NCBI GenBank assembly: GCA_951812955.1
Contig: OX638340.1
Span: forward strand, 224,001-288,000
Length of the DNA: 64,000 bases
Source of the DNA: an uncultured Gemmatimonadota bacterium
Lineage (GTDB): Bacteria > JAAXHH01
Direction of reading: 5' to 3'
Shown in pieces: positions 45,058-55,190 of this stretch (positions are counted from its first letter, which is position 1; the number at the start of each line of letters is the position of its first letter). The translations under genes and the position numbers were made by a program. The notes below the pieces were generated by a model. It saw only the letters and a program-made list of their open reading frames with translations, made no database searches and was not told the DNA's origin.

Positions 45058-45969
45058 ATGGATGCGATCACGGCCCAGGCGGGCATATGGAAGTGGAAAG
45101 CGAACCTCCATGTTACGGGGACGGTTCGCCTAAGTCAAGGTGGGATTGCTGCAGGAAGGAAACCTCGATTGAACGATACGGCGCTGGACCTCATCGACTC
45201 GACGACCTACCCCATTCACCGGCCAGGATCGGCCACGTACAGCGCACTTGTCGCAAGGTGCAGGGATGATCTGGCGGACCGAAGCGCCTGCCTGTTGCCC
45301 GGATTCGTCACGGAGGAGGCCAGGGTACGGATGGTGGCCGAGGTGGACCGTGCCGCGCCCAGCGCTTTTCCTTGCCGGAACGCCCATAACGTATACCTCG
45401 AGGAGCACGACGGCGCCTTTCCGCCCGACCACCCCCGGCGAAGGCTCCAGGCAACGGACCTGGACTCGGTCGCCTTCGATCAGATGCGTCCCACAGACGG
45501 TCTGCACCAGTTGTATTCCTGGGATCCGCTCCTTTCCTTCATAGCCGACGTCCTCAACAAGGAACACTATTACAGGATGGCCGACCCCTTTGCCGCGCTG
45601 ACGGTTAACGTCATGCGAGAGGGACAGAACCACGGCTGGCATTTCGACGAGTCCGAGGCTACGACTACCCTGATGGTACAGGCGCCCGAAGAAGGCGGCG
45701 CATTTGAGTACGCACCGAACGTCCGTCCGGAGGAAGGCGGGTCATACGATACCGTGGAACGGGTGCTGCGCGGCAGCTATCCGGACGTACGTACACTCGC
45801 CGTGAAGCCCGGTACGCTGATCCTCTTCGTCGGCTACCATTCCATGCACCAGGTGACACCGGTCAAGGGTCCGGTTACCCGGTATGTCGCCACGCTCTGC
45901 TATAAGGACCGGCCCAATGTCTGCAACAGCCCCGAGGTACAGAAGCTGTTCTACGGTCGGACGGCATGA
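45058..45969 (+). CDS. putative Fe(II)/2-oxoglutarate-dependent oxygenase-like protein (cupin/DSBH fold), family unassigned
   Basis: Candidate facial triad HxD...H (HGWHFDESE ... VGYHSMHQV) with a downstream Arg (VTRYVATL). No closer family could be assigned by eye. Confidence 0.4.
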   Translation: MDAITAQAGIWKWKANLHVTGTVRLSQGGIAAGRKPRLNDTALDLIDSTTYPIHRPGSATYSALVARCRDDLADRSACLLPGFVTEEARVRMVAEVDRAAPSAFPCRNAHNVYLEEHDGAFPPDHPRRRLQATDLDSVAFDQMRPTDGLHQLYSWDPLLSFIADVLNKEHYYRMADPFAALTVNVMREGQNHGWHFDESEATTTLMVQAPEEGGAFEYAPNVRPEEGGSYDTVERVLRGSYPDVRTLAVKPGTLILFVGYHSMHQVTPVKGPVTRYVATLCYKDRPNVCNSPEVQKLFYGRTA

Positions 45970-46032
45970 CGAAGGGAGTTTACGGGAAGAAGGTCGTTTT
46001 TGGAGATCGCTCAAGGACCAGGAGGTGGACCA

Positions 46033-47307
46033 TTGCACGCAGTGATCATTGGGAACGGCGTAACAGGGGTAACAGCCGCCACGCGGCTCCGGCAGCTTCA
46101 GCCCGACTGGAAGGTCACGCTGGTATCGGGTGAATCGGCCTTCCACTATTCCCGCCCCGCACTCATGTACATCTTCATGGGGCACATGACCTACGAGGCG
46201 ACGAAACCCTTCGAGGACAGTTTCTGGCGAGACCAGCGGCTGGACCTGGTCCGAGACTGGGTCACCGCCATCGATATCGACGACAGGCAACTGGTTCTAC
46301 ACCGGAACGGACGCCTGCCCTACGACCGTCTGCTGATCGCCACCGGCGCCAAATCGAACAAGTTCGGATGGCCGGGCCAGGACCTCGATGGCGTCCAGGG
46401 CCTGTACAACCTGAAAGACCTGCATCAACTGTATAAAAACGCCGAACGGGCCAGTCACGCGGTCATCGTCGGCGGCGGGCTGATCGGCATCGAACTCGCC
46501 GAGATGCTGCATTCGAGGCATATCCACGTCACGTTTCTCATACGCGAGCCCTCCTACTGGCGCAACATCCTGCCCATGGAAGAATCGGGCATGCTGAACC
46601 GGCTGATCGAGGAGCAGGGCATCGGCCTGATCAAGGAGACCAACCTGAAGGAAATCGTGGACGACGGCACAGGAAAGGTCGAAGCGGTCATTACCGAGTT
46701 CGACGACCGGATCGACTGCCAGCTGGTCGGTCTGACGCCGGGTGTTTCGCCCAACACGGACCTGGTCAAGTCGACGCCCATCGAAACGGGGCGGGGCGTC
46801 CTGGTCGACAACGCGTTCCGTACGAACATACCCGACATCTACGCCGCCGGGGACTGTGCGGAAATCGTCAGCCGGAACGGGGGACGCAACCTGATCCAGC
46901 AGGTCTGGTACACGGGCAAGAAGCAGGGCAAGGTCGCCGGTGAGGTGCTGGCCGGACAGGATACGGAGTACGACCCTGGGATCTGGTACAATTCGGCCAA
47001 GTTCTTCGACCTGGAGTACCAGACCTACGGCATGATTCTGAATACGCCCCAGCCCGGAGAGCGCCACCTTTTCTGGGAACATCCATCCCATCGCCACGCC
47101 GTCCGCATCGTCGGCGTCGACGGGTGCATCAAGGCATTCAATTTCATGGGGATCAGGGCCCGCCACGAAGTATGTGAGCGGTGGATTGCCGAGCGGCGTA
47201 CCGTGGAGTACGTCCTGGACCACCTGGAAGAAGCCAACTTCGATCCGGAGTTTTTCGTCCGCCACGAGTCGGAGATCGTTCGCTCATTAAAGGAGCAACT
47301 CGCATGA
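46033..47307 (+). CDS. FAD/NAD(P)-binding pyridine nucleotide-disulfide oxidoreductase family reductase (ferredoxin/rubredoxin-reductase-like, with no redox-active CxxxxC pair)
   Basis: Two Rossmann motifs (AVIIGNGVTGVTAA and AVIVGGGLIGIELAE) and a C-terminal dimerisation-like domain. The TTG at 46033 is preceded by AGGAGGTG at a 5-nt spacing. Confidence 0.75.
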   Translation: MHAVIIGNGVTGVTAATRLRQLQPDWKVTLVSGESAFHYSRPALMYIFMGHMTYEATKPFEDSFWRDQRLDLVRDWVTAIDIDDRQLVLHRNGRLPYDRLLIATGAKSNKFGWPGQDLDGVQGLYNLKDLHQLYKNAERASHAVIVGGGLIGIELAEMLHSRHIHVTFLIREPSYWRNILPMEESGMLNRLIEEQGIGLIKETNLKEIVDDGTGKVEAVITEFDDRIDCQLVGLTPGVSPNTDLVKSTPIETGRGVLVDNAFRTNIPDIYAAGDCAEIVSRNGGRNLIQQVWYTGKKQGKVAGEVLAGQDTEYDPGIWYNSAKFFDLEYQTYGMILNTPQPGERHLFWEHPSHRHAVRIVGVDGCIKAFNFMGIRARHEVCERWIAERRTVEYVLDHLEEANFDPEFFVRHESEIVRSLKEQLA

Positions 47308-48758
47308 GCACACCGCCCGCTGCACCGACGTTGATCGATCCGGAATCCATTTCGTACTTCTACGACGAGGAGGCCGAAGGGTTCGGCGAGCCCGAGTCCG
47401 CGGCGGAGGCGCCCAGGAACCCGGGCATGATGGTCTCCGCCGGCGTGATCGGGCTGGGTTTCCTCGCGCTCGTCGTATCCCTGCTCGGTATGCCGCTCTC
47501 AGGCGCCTGGACGCCCTTCCTGCTGTCCTTCGGCCTGCTGTCTGCCGGAACCATCGGTTACGTCTGGTTCACGTACAGGGACACGGTGCCCGGTATCAAG
47601 CACGACGGCATCATGTTCGGAAACACGACACACCGCGGCGCCATCGCCTGGGCGCTGGGCATCGCGCTCACCGGGTTCTACGTCGTACTGTACTGGTGGC
47701 CCGAATACCTGTCGCGTGCCATCGCGCTCGTTGAGCCGCTGTCGCAGGTCCTGGCGGGGCAGCCGGCGAACCAGTGGTTTCTATACGGGTTTCTCTACAC
47801 GATGGCCGTGGTGCTCTTCGGATTCCGCATGTTCATGCGTTACCGCCACAACCGTTATCACATCATCCGAACGATTTCGGTCATGTTCTTTCAACTGGTC
47901 CTGGCCTTCGTCCTTCCCCAGTTCCTCCGCGCGCTGAACGAACCGGAGTTCTACTTCAGCTACTTCTGGCCCCTGAAGTACGACTACCTGTTCCCCGGTA
48001 CCGTGGATTACCTGGTCAACAGCCCGGGCGCCCTGGGTTCGTTCATGGTGTTCTGGGGGGTGGCCTGCACGTTTATCGCCACGCCCGTGCTGACCTATTT
48101 CTACGGCAAGCGGTGGTACTGTTCCTGGGTATGCGGCTGCGGCGGGCTCGCCGAAACCCTCGGCGACCCCTGGCGGCACCTGACGCCCAAATCGACCGTA
48201 TCGTGGAAAATCGAACGGGCGATCATTTACGCGGTGCTCCTGCTCATCATCGCGACGACGGCCGTGCTCTGGGTGAGCAGCACGTCCGAAGGCGCGCTGA
48301 GCGCCATTTCCGCTCCGTTGAAACAGTGGTACGGTTTCTACATCGGCGCGGTCTTCGCCGGGGTCATCGGAGTAGGGTTCTATCCCATACTCGGCAATCG
48401 GGTCTGGTGCCGCTTCGGGTGCCCGATGGCCGCGGTGCTGGGCATCATCCAGCGCTTCTTCTCCCGGTTCCGAATCACAACCAACGGCGGGCAGTGCATG
48501 TCCTGCGGTAACTGCACGACCTATTGCGAAATGGGCATCGACGTGCGGGCCTATGCGGAGCGCGGCGAGAATATCGTCCGGTCTTCCTGCGTGGGATGCG
48601 GGGTCTGTTCGGCCGTGTGTCCCCGGGGCGTGCTCAAGCTCGAGAACGGCATGTCCCACGGAGACCGCTACCCGGGGTCCGACAAACCGCTGAGCGCTTT
48701 CTCCGAGGCCGTCAGCAAGGGCGCCAGGGTCTACGGCGACCGCGATGGCTACGTATAG
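47304..48758 (+). CDS. NapH/MauN-like membrane-bound polyferredoxin (multi-TM, CxxxCP motifs plus two C-terminal 4Fe-4S clusters)
   Basis: About 8 predicted TM helices. Cytoplasmic motifs are CSWVCGCGG and CRFGCP (NapH-type Cx3CP). C-terminal CMSCGNCTTYCEM and CVGCGVCSAVCP are 4Fe-4S ferredoxin signatures. Its ATG overlaps the stop of the upstream reductase (ATGA) and is preceded by AAGGAG. Confidence 0.75.
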   Translation: MSTPPAAPTLIDPESISYFYDEEAEGFGEPESAAEAPRNPGMMVSAGVIGLGFLALVVSLLGMPLSGAWTPFLLSFGLLSAGTIGYVWFTYRDTVPGIKHDGIMFGNTTHRGAIAWALGIALTGFYVVLYWWPEYLSRAIALVEPLSQVLAGQPANQWFLYGFLYTMAVVLFGFRMFMRYRHNRYHIIRTISVMFFQLVLAFVLPQFLRALNEPEFYFSYFWPLKYDYLFPGTVDYLVNSPGALGSFMVFWGVACTFIATPVLTYFYGKRWYCSWVCGCGGLAETLGDPWRHLTPKSTVSWKIERAIIYAVLLLIIATTAVLWVSSTSEGALSAISAPLKQWYGFYIGAVFAGVIGVGFYPILGNRVWCRFGCPMAAVLGIIQRFFSRFRITTNGGQCMSCGNCTTYCEMGIDVRAYAERGENIVRSSCVGCGVCSAVCPRGVLKLENGMSHGDRYPGSDKPLSAFSEAVSKGARVYGDRDGYV

Positions 48759-48767
48759 TGGCCTTGC

Positions 48768-48790
48768 AGTACAGGGCGCCACCCTGTACT
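48768..48790. terminator. perfect 9-bp stem / 5-nt loop hairpin (agtacaggg-cgcca-ccctgtact) between convergent genes
   Basis: Read from the sequence, between the polyferredoxin stop (48758) and the AEC permease stop (48789-48791). Confidence 0.4.
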
Positions 48791-49694
48791 ACCTGACCAG
48801 GAAAATAACCACCGCGACCGTGACGATGCTGCAGATGGTGGACAGGAACACGGCGTTGGCCGCGAAATCCTCCCGGCTGCCGAATTCCATCGCGATCAGC
48901 ACGGTATTGATCGCGGTTGGATAACTGGTGGATACAACCAGGATCGGGGCGATTCTGGGATCGATGTCCAGCAGGAGCACGAGGCCGTAGCCGATCAGGG
49001 GAGAGACCAGCAGACGGCAGACCAGGGACGCCAGGCTGGCTTTCCACTCCAGCGTGATGGGGGTCCGGGCCAGCTGCATGCCCAGGGTGACCAGAGCCAT
49101 GGGAACGAGCGCTTCGGCCAGGTACTCGATCGGAAGCCAGATAAAGCCCGGGAGCTGCAGGCCGTAGTTCCGGATCGCGAAGGCCAGGATCAGCGCATAG
49201 ACGAATGGCATCTTGAAGGACTGCAGGAAGGCTCTCCGGGCGGACAGGCGTCCAATCGAAACGAAGAACAACCCCAGGGTGAAAACCAGAAAGTTCTGGA
49301 CGGCCAGGACGATGGACTGGACGGCCAGGCCCAGGGAGGGAAAAGACAGTTCACTGGCCGGAAAGCCGTAATTCCCGCTGTTGTAATACATGACGGACAG
49401 GCTGAAGGCCTGTTTCATGTCATTCCGGTACCGCATGACCAGGGATCCGATCACACTGAGCACGTAAAGCGCGACCAGCATGAGCAGGCAGAATACGGCG
49501 GTGTCCCATACGAATTCGGAGGAAAGCTCAGACTGGGTGAGGGATACGACGAGCGTAGCGGGCATGACTAGGTACAGCAGTATCCGCGTCAGGGCCTGCA
49601 GGTCGAACCGCCATTTTTTCTGGAACAGGTACCCGAGCGAAATGAGAACGAAAATCGGGGCGATGATGTCGATCAGGATGTTCAGAAATGGCAT
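48789..49694 (-). CDS. AEC-family (auxin efflux carrier / malate-permease-like) transporter
   Basis: 10-TM membrane protein with an AEC N-terminus (MPFLNILIDIIAPIFVLISLGYL) and an internally repeated architecture. Confidence 0.75.
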   Translation of the reverse strand: MPFLNILIDIIAPIFVLISLGYLFQKKWRFDLQALTRILLYLVMPATLVVSLTQSELSSEFVWDTAVFCLLMLVALYVLSVIGSLVMRYRNDMKQAFSLSVMYYNSGNYGFPASELSFPSLGLAVQSIVLAVQNFLVFTLGLFFVSIGRLSARRAFLQSFKMPFVYALILAFAIRNYGLQLPGFIWLPIEYLAEALVPMALVTLGMQLARTPITLEWKASLASLVCRLLVSPLIGYGLVLLLDIDPRIAPILVVSTSYPTAINTVLIAMEFGSREDFAANAVFLSTICSIVTVAVVIFLVR

Positions 49695-49755
49695 CGGATC
49701 GCCAGGGAAGGGGTCAGGACAGGTTAAGGTGGAGAGCTCGCGCCGATGTCAGCTT

Positions 49756-50538
49756 TCACGCAAAAGGATCGAAGCGGCCGTCCGCCGCCGTCCACCCCCC
49801 GTCGACGAACATGACGGAACCCGTGGTGTATGAGCTGGCGTCAGAGGCCAGGTAGAGGACGGCCCCCGCGATTTCCTCCGGTTTGGCCCATCGCCGGAGC
49901 ATGGTCTTGTCGGCGTATGCGCCGTACCAGTCCGGCTGCCGTTTGATCTGGGCCGTCAGCGGCGTATCCACGACGCCGGGGGCGATTGCGTTGGCCCGTA
50001 CGCCCTTGTCGGCGAGTTCGGCCGCCAACGCGCGGATCATGAGGACCACGCCGGACTTGGTCGCTGCGTAGACGCCCTGTCCGGGCTCCACCACCTGGGA
50101 CCGGATACTCGAGAAAACGATGATGCTGCCTCCGCCGTTTTCAGACATGGACCGTGCAGTTTCACGTACGAGGCGGAAGGTTCCCTTCAGGTTGAGATCG
50201 ACGACCCGGTCGTATTCCTCGTCCGTGTAGTCGAGAAGCTTTTTTCGAATGTTGACGCCAGGCGTGCTGACGAGGGCGTCGGGGGGAGAAATCCGATCAA
50301 GCACCTGCTGGATCTGTCCGGTATCCCGCATATCGAGCGCGACCGCTTCGGCCGATTCACCGTGTGCGCGAATCTCGTCGGATACGGAGTCCGCCGCCTC
50401 CTCCCGCACGTCCGCGCAGACCACGTGTGCGCCGAACTGGGCGAGGCACATGGCAGAGCACCGGCCGATGCCGCTGCCGGCGCCGACGACCAGCGCGTTT
50501 CGGCCCGTCATATCGAAGAGGTTCTTGTAGTCGGCCAT
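49756..50538 (-). CDS. SDR-family short-chain dehydrogenase/reductase
   Basis: TGxxxGIG motif (VVGAGSGIGR), the NAG region, and the catalytic YxxxK (VYAATKSGV). Confidence 0.85.
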   Translation of the reverse strand: MADYKNLFDMTGRNALVVGAGSGIGRCSAMCLAQFGAHVVCADVREEAADSVSDEIRAHGESAEAVALDMRDTGQIQQVLDRISPPDALVSTPGVNIRKKLLDYTDEEYDRVVDLNLKGTFRLVRETARSMSENGGGSIIVFSSIRSQVVEPGQGVYAATKSGVVLMIRALAAELADKGVRANAIAPGVVDTPLTAQIKRQPDWYGAYADKTMLRRWAKPEEIAGAVLYLASDASSYTTGSVMFVDGGWTAADGRFDPFA

Positions 50539-50753
50539 GTAGGGTCTCGGGTTATCGATGATTACGTCCTGCCGTGCGTCATGTTGGCCGGTCGATCCGG
50601 GATCCGGTGGACCAGCGGAACGGCCACTATCTTAGAGTGAGGGTCCGCCCCTGTCAAGAGGTTCGGTCCCGAACGGGTTGGGCGTTTAGTGTCGAATGAA
50701 GCAAGTATGCTCCAATGGAACCAGGGGCACGGAACTGCCTGGGGAGGAAGGTA

Positions 50754-51644
50754 ATGACCGGGAAAACGCTCATTGTCGCGAATCCGAAATCGGGGTGCGG
50801 GCGTGGCGTGACCTACGCGGAGCGGGTACGGGAATTGTTGGCTGCGAACCAGGTGTCCGCCGAAATCCGCCACACATCGACCCGGGGCGAGGCGGAGACC
50901 ATCGCGGCGGAAGCCGTGCGCACCGGGTATTCCTGCGTCGCCGCGTGCGGCGGCGACGGGACCGTGCACGAAGTAGTGAACGCACTGGCTGGAACGGATG
51001 TCAACCTCTGCATCCTTCCCTGCGGGCGCGGAAACGATTTCGCCCGGGCGATCGGTATCCCTGCCTCACCCGAAAAGGCGGCATCCATTCTACTTCAGAG
51101 CCATGTCAGGCCCTTCGACCTGGGAAAGGTGAACAACCGGTACTTCGCGACAGTGGTGACGCTGGGATTCGATTCGGAGGTGGCCAGGCTGGTCTATGAC
51201 GGCGAAGTGCCGCTCAAGGGCATGGCAGCCTACCTCTGGGGCCTGGCGCGTATGCTGCGTATTTACCGGGGCGTGGATCTGCGCATGTCCGGCGATTTCG
51301 GTACGATTAATCAAACGGTCCTGCTGGCGGCCACCGGGAACACCAGCACTTACGGCGGCGGGATAAAGATCGTGCCGAATGCCAGTCCGACGGACGGGGA
51401 ACTCGATGTCTGCCTCGTGCGCATGATGAGCCCGAGCCGTGTCCTGCGCATATTTCCAAGGGTCTACTGGGGCGGCCACCTGAATCACCCCAGCATCTTC
51501 TCGTACAGGACGGGTAGTTTGAAAATGGAAACGGAACAGCCGGTTGTGCTGTTCGCCGACGGCGAACCCATTGGCGAGACGCCCGCGGAGATCAGGTCCG
51601 CGCCCGGCGCGCTGCGGGTAGTGTGCCCGGACCCTGCGGCCTGA
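50754..51644 (+). CDS. diacylglycerol-kinase-family lipid kinase (YegS/DagK-like)
   Basis: DAGK_cat N-terminus (KTLIVANPKSGCGRG) and the GGDGT motif (VAACGGDGTVHEV). ATG 50754 is preceded by GGAGGAAGG. Confidence 0.8.
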   Translation: MTGKTLIVANPKSGCGRGVTYAERVRELLAANQVSAEIRHTSTRGEAETIAAEAVRTGYSCVAACGGDGTVHEVVNALAGTDVNLCILPCGRGNDFARAIGIPASPEKAASILLQSHVRPFDLGKVNNRYFATVVTLGFDSEVARLVYDGEVPLKGMAAYLWGLARMLRIYRGVDLRMSGDFGTINQTVLLAATGNTSTYGGGIKIVPNASPTDGELDVCLVRMMSPSRVLRIFPRVYWGGHLNHPSIFSYRTGSLKMETEQPVVLFADGEPIGETPAEIRSAPGALRVVCPDPAA

Positions 51645-51667
51645 ACGGCGTACTGGATTCTACTGCG

Positions 51668-53311
51668 TTATTTCCGGCTTTTGTATAGCCGTGAATACAT
51701 GAGGCCGCCTACGGTGCCGTCGGGGTACCTGGTATAACCCTTCAGGTTCGATTTGCGAAGCTGCATCGTGAGGGGATGGAACACGAAGGCGGCGGCGTAG
51801 TCCCCCACGAGAATCTCCTCCGCCTGCCTGTAGAGACTCGTGCGCCTTACCGGGTCCAGTTCCGCACCGGCGCTTTCCACCAGCGCATCGAATTCGGAAT
51901 CCGCCCAGTCGTGCCGCCCCGCGCCTTTCGGCTGGGAGTGCCAGGTCATGTCGAGCATGTTGCGGGGGTCCATGTAATCGGCGACGAACCGCAGAAAGCC
52001 GAAGTCCATTTCCCAGTTGTACAGTTTGCTCATGTAGGCCGTCCGGTCCAGGGTCCGGATGGAGACTTTAACCCCGAGGTGCTCCAGCAGCATGCTCTGA
52101 ATAGCGACGCCCGCCATCTGCATGGAAGGCGTCGGCGCCCGAATCCACATTTCCTGCCTGGGAAACCCTCTTCCGTTCGGATAGCCGGCCTCCCGCATCA
52201 GCGTTTTCGCCCGCTCGGGATCGAAAGCCTGGTACGGTTTCATGGCATCGCCGTTGTACTCCTTGAAGTCCGGGGGCATCATGGAATAGGCCGGTGCAGC
52301 AGCCCCTCTCAGGACCACCTGGCTGATAGCCTCCCTATTCAGCGCACGTGCAAAGGCCTCCCTTACTCGTATGTCATTGAAGGGCGGATCGGACGTGTTG
52401 AAGAACAGGTACCAGGTCGTTCTTCCGGGAGATCTGACGAGTTCCCGGCTGAGCACCGGGTGCCGTTCGATTCGATCCAGGTCGTTGATGTCTACCGTTT
52501 CCACGTCCACTTCGTTGTTTTCGTAGGCCAGGACGGTCTGCGCCGCCGCGTAGCGGAAGGGATGAATGACCTTCTCCAGCAAAGGTTTGTGGGGACCGTT
52601 GTACATGGGATCGGGCACGAAGGTCATGTGGCTGCCGGTCGCCCATTCGGCCATCCGGAAGCCGGAATTCGACACGATGTTTTCGACTTCGGTCCATCTC
52701 CGGCCATGTTTCTCGACGGCCCATCGCGGCGTGGGGTACGCCAGGCCGAAGGACACGACGTGGGGAAAATGGGGCGCGCCGCGCTCCAGAAGCACCTGCA
52801 GCGTTAGATCGTCCACGGCCCTGACGCCCAGTTGAGCCAGATCCTCGATATCTCCGAGACTGATTTCCTTCGCGTTCATGATGTCATAATAGAAGAAGGC
52901 GTAGGGATTGGCGTTGGCGGGATCGAGCATGCGTCTGAAAGCGTAGACGAAATCGTGGGCCGTAACGGGCCTGCCATCGTTCCAACGCGCGCCGGGACGC
53001 AGATGGAACGTCCATTCCCGGGCGTCGTCGGAGACGTCGTAACCGGTGGCGGCGGCCGGGATGGGCTGCCACAACTCGTCTCTGATGAGCAGGGTCTCGA
53101 AGGGCAGCAGCGTGGACTCGCCGTCGTACAGGTTGATCTGGATGTCGAGGCTGCGCGGTTCGGGACTCATCACGCGGAAAACCTGCTGGTCCGGCGGCGC
53201 CGCGTCGGCGGGCAAGGCGACACCGACCGAATTGGAGTGTTGACCATGGATAAGACAAGCCGGCGACAGAGTAGCCGCGGCCAGAAGCAAGACGGAGCGT
53301 ATCCTGAACAT
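51668..53311 (-). CDS. ABC-transporter family-5 substrate-binding protein, orphan copy 3
   Basis: Signal or lipoprotein-like N-terminus (MFRIRSVLLLAAATLSPAC). About 60% identical over long stretches to copy 1 (for example WTFHLRPGARWNDGRPVTAHDFVYAFRR versus WTFHLRPGARWSDGRPVTAHDFVYTFRR). Confidence 0.8.
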   Translation of the reverse strand: MFRIRSVLLLAAATLSPACLIHGQHSNSVGVALPADAAPPDQQVFRVMSPEPRSLDIQINLYDGESTLLPFETLLIRDELWQPIPAAATGYDVSDDAREWTFHLRPGARWNDGRPVTAHDFVYAFRRMLDPANANPYAFFYYDIMNAKEISLGDIEDLAQLGVRAVDDLTLQVLLERGAPHFPHVVSFGLAYPTPRWAVEKHGRRWTEVENIVSNSGFRMAEWATGSHMTFVPDPMYNGPHKPLLEKVIHPFRYAAAQTVLAYENNEVDVETVDINDLDRIERHPVLSRELVRSPGRTTWYLFFNTSDPPFNDIRVREAFARALNREAISQVVLRGAAAPAYSMMPPDFKEYNGDAMKPYQAFDPERAKTLMREAGYPNGRGFPRQEMWIRAPTPSMQMAGVAIQSMLLEHLGVKVSIRTLDRTAYMSKLYNWEMDFGFLRFVADYMDPRNMLDMTWHSQPKGAGRHDWADSEFDALVESAGAELDPVRRTSLYRQAEEILVGDYAAAFVFHPLTMQLRKSNLKGYTRYPDGTVGGLMYSRLYKSRK

Positions 53312-53459
53312 ACTGTTTCCCGGGTTGGTTGGAACTGGACCGTTTGTACCGTTGATGCGCGGTCAATATAGACCCGCCGGCGAAGGAAGGTCAAGAGATA
53401 GTCCATCGTCTTGTATTTGCTTGACATCCTCCATCCCGGTGACTACTTGATTACACTGT

Positions 53460-54611
53460 TTGTCAGTCACTATCCATGCGCTGTTCCCGGTCATGCCCAT
53501 AATGTCCGAAAACACCTTTACCTTCGACCGCGTCGTCCGGATCGCAATCGCCGCGGCAGTGATCTGGCTGCTGATTGCCTTTATCGCCTACGTGAGCGAC
53601 ATTCTCATCCCTTTCGCGGTCGCGCTGCTGCTCGCCTACCTGATTAACCCACTGACTTCATGGCTGCAGCGAAAGCTGCCGTTCAAACAGCGGATCGTCT
53701 CCGTACTGCTGAGCCTGACGGTTATCCTGGGCGGCGTGGTCCTTTTTCTGGCGATTCTGATCCCCATGGTCGTTTCCGAGGTCGTGCATATGCAAAATCT
53801 GCTGACCGGAGTGGTGAACACGGATCAGTGGCAGGCGGCTCTGCAGGACTACGTGCCCGAGGAAATCCGGGTCTACATCACGGATCTCGTCGCGTTTGAA
53901 GAACTCGTCCACCTGCTGAACTTCGAAAACATCAGGGTTTTCTTCCAGCAGATCCTGCCAGGCATCTGGGGTGTGTTCTCGGGTACAGTCAGCTTCGTGA
54001 TCGGGTTGGCGGTCGTGATCATCATATTGCTCTACCTGGTCTTCATTCTGCTGGATTATGATGAGATCACCGAGGGATGGAAGGAATTGATCCCCGATCG
54101 GTACAGGCAGGTGGTGCTGGACGTTGTATGCGACTTCACTACGGCCATGAGAGTGTATTTCCGTGCCCAGGCCCTCATAGCCTTTATCGTGGGACTGCTC
54201 TTCGCGCTGGGATTCTGGTTGATCGGGCTGCCGATGGGTATTCTGCTGGGCCTTTTTATCGGCCTGCTCAACATGGTGCCCTACCTGCAGGTCGTGGGGC
54301 TCATTCCGTCCGTGCTGTTTGCAGTTGTGGCGGCGTTGGGCGCGGGCGAGAGTATCTGGATCATGCTGGGTCTCGTGCTTGCCGTGTTCGCCGTCGTGCA
54401 GATAATCCAGGACGCCATACTGGTTCCCCGGATCATGGGAAAGGTGACCGGGTTCAATCCGGCCGTCATCCTGCTCTCCCTGTCCGTCTGGGGCAAGCTG
54501 CTGGGCATTCTGGGACTGCTGATCGCGCTTCCGGCGACGTTCCTGATCCATTCGTACTACAAGAGATACCTGAAAGGCGCTCTTACGGAGGAGAAGCCGG
54601 TTCAGCCTTGA
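53460..54611 (+). CDS. AI-2E family (PerM/UPF0118) transporter. Start may be 53460 or 53502.
   Basis: 8-TM protein with an AI-2E architecture and a conserved C-terminal region (GLLNMVPYLQ...). Confidence 0.75.
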   Translation: MSVTIHALFPVMPIMSENTFTFDRVVRIAIAAAVIWLLIAFIAYVSDILIPFAVALLLAYLINPLTSWLQRKLPFKQRIVSVLLSLTVILGGVVLFLAILIPMVVSEVVHMQNLLTGVVNTDQWQAALQDYVPEEIRVYITDLVAFEELVHLLNFENIRVFFQQILPGIWGVFSGTVSFVIGLAVVIIILLYLVFILLDYDEITEGWKELIPDRYRQVVLDVVCDFTTAMRVYFRAQALIAFIVGLLFALGFWLIGLPMGILLGLFIGLLNMVPYLQVVGLIPSVLFAVVAALGAGESIWIMLGLVLAVFAVVQIIQDAILVPRIMGKVTGFNPAVILLSLSVWGKLLGILGLLIALPATFLIHSYYKRYLKGALTEEKPVQP

Positions 54612-54695
54612 TTGGACCATGACGACGAAGCGCCGTAACATTCCGTTCAATAGCCGACACAACCTGGGAAGCAGACGACGAATAAGGAGCGGTAA

Positions 54696-55190
54696 ATGGA
54701 AAGAATCTCATGGGACGAGTATTTCCTTCGCATCGCATATGCCGTTTCGGCGCGTTCGAATTGCATTCGCAGGCATGTCGGCGCCGTGATCGTGAACGAC
54801 AAGATCATTACCAGCACGGGCTACAACGGTACCCCCATGGGCATACCCAACTGCTTCGACGGTGGATGTAAACGATGCAACTCGGACGGGCCGTCCGGGG
54901 CGAACCTCGACGAATGTGTCTGCATGCACGCCGAGGAAAACGCCATCCTTTTTGCCGCGCGCCACGGTTCGTCCACGAGCGGCGCAACGCTTTACGCCAC
55001 CAACAAACCCTGCCTGGGCTGTCTTAAAAAGTCCATTCAGGCGGGGATTCGCCGGGTTGTTTATGCGGAGCAGTACACCTACACGAAATCCATTGAGGAA
55101 GTGTATGACTGGCTGGTGGAAGAATCCGGTATCGAGATGGTCGAATTGAAATTGGACGCGAGTCCTGAAGCGGTCGTGAATACCGCCTGA
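54696..55190 (+). CDS. dCMP deaminase (ComEB-type zinc deaminase)
   Basis: Zinc-binding motifs HAEENAI and PCLGCLK; overall dCMP_cyt_deam_1 pattern; 164 aa. Confidence 0.85.
   Translation: MERISWDEYFLRIAYAVSARSNCIRRHVGAVIVNDKIITSTGYNGTPMGIPNCFDGGCKRCNSDGPSGANLDECVCMHAEENAILFAARHGSSTSGATLYATNKPCLGCLKKSIQAGIRRVVYAEQYTYTKSIEEVYDWLVEESGIEMVELKLDASPEAVVNTA

Noticed and set aside
53421-53449. Promoter TTGACA-17-TACTTG upstream of the AI-2E transporter gene
   Set aside because: Good -35 but poor -10, and it would make the 53460 start nearly leaderless. It is kept only as a hint that the real start may be the downstream ATG at 53502.
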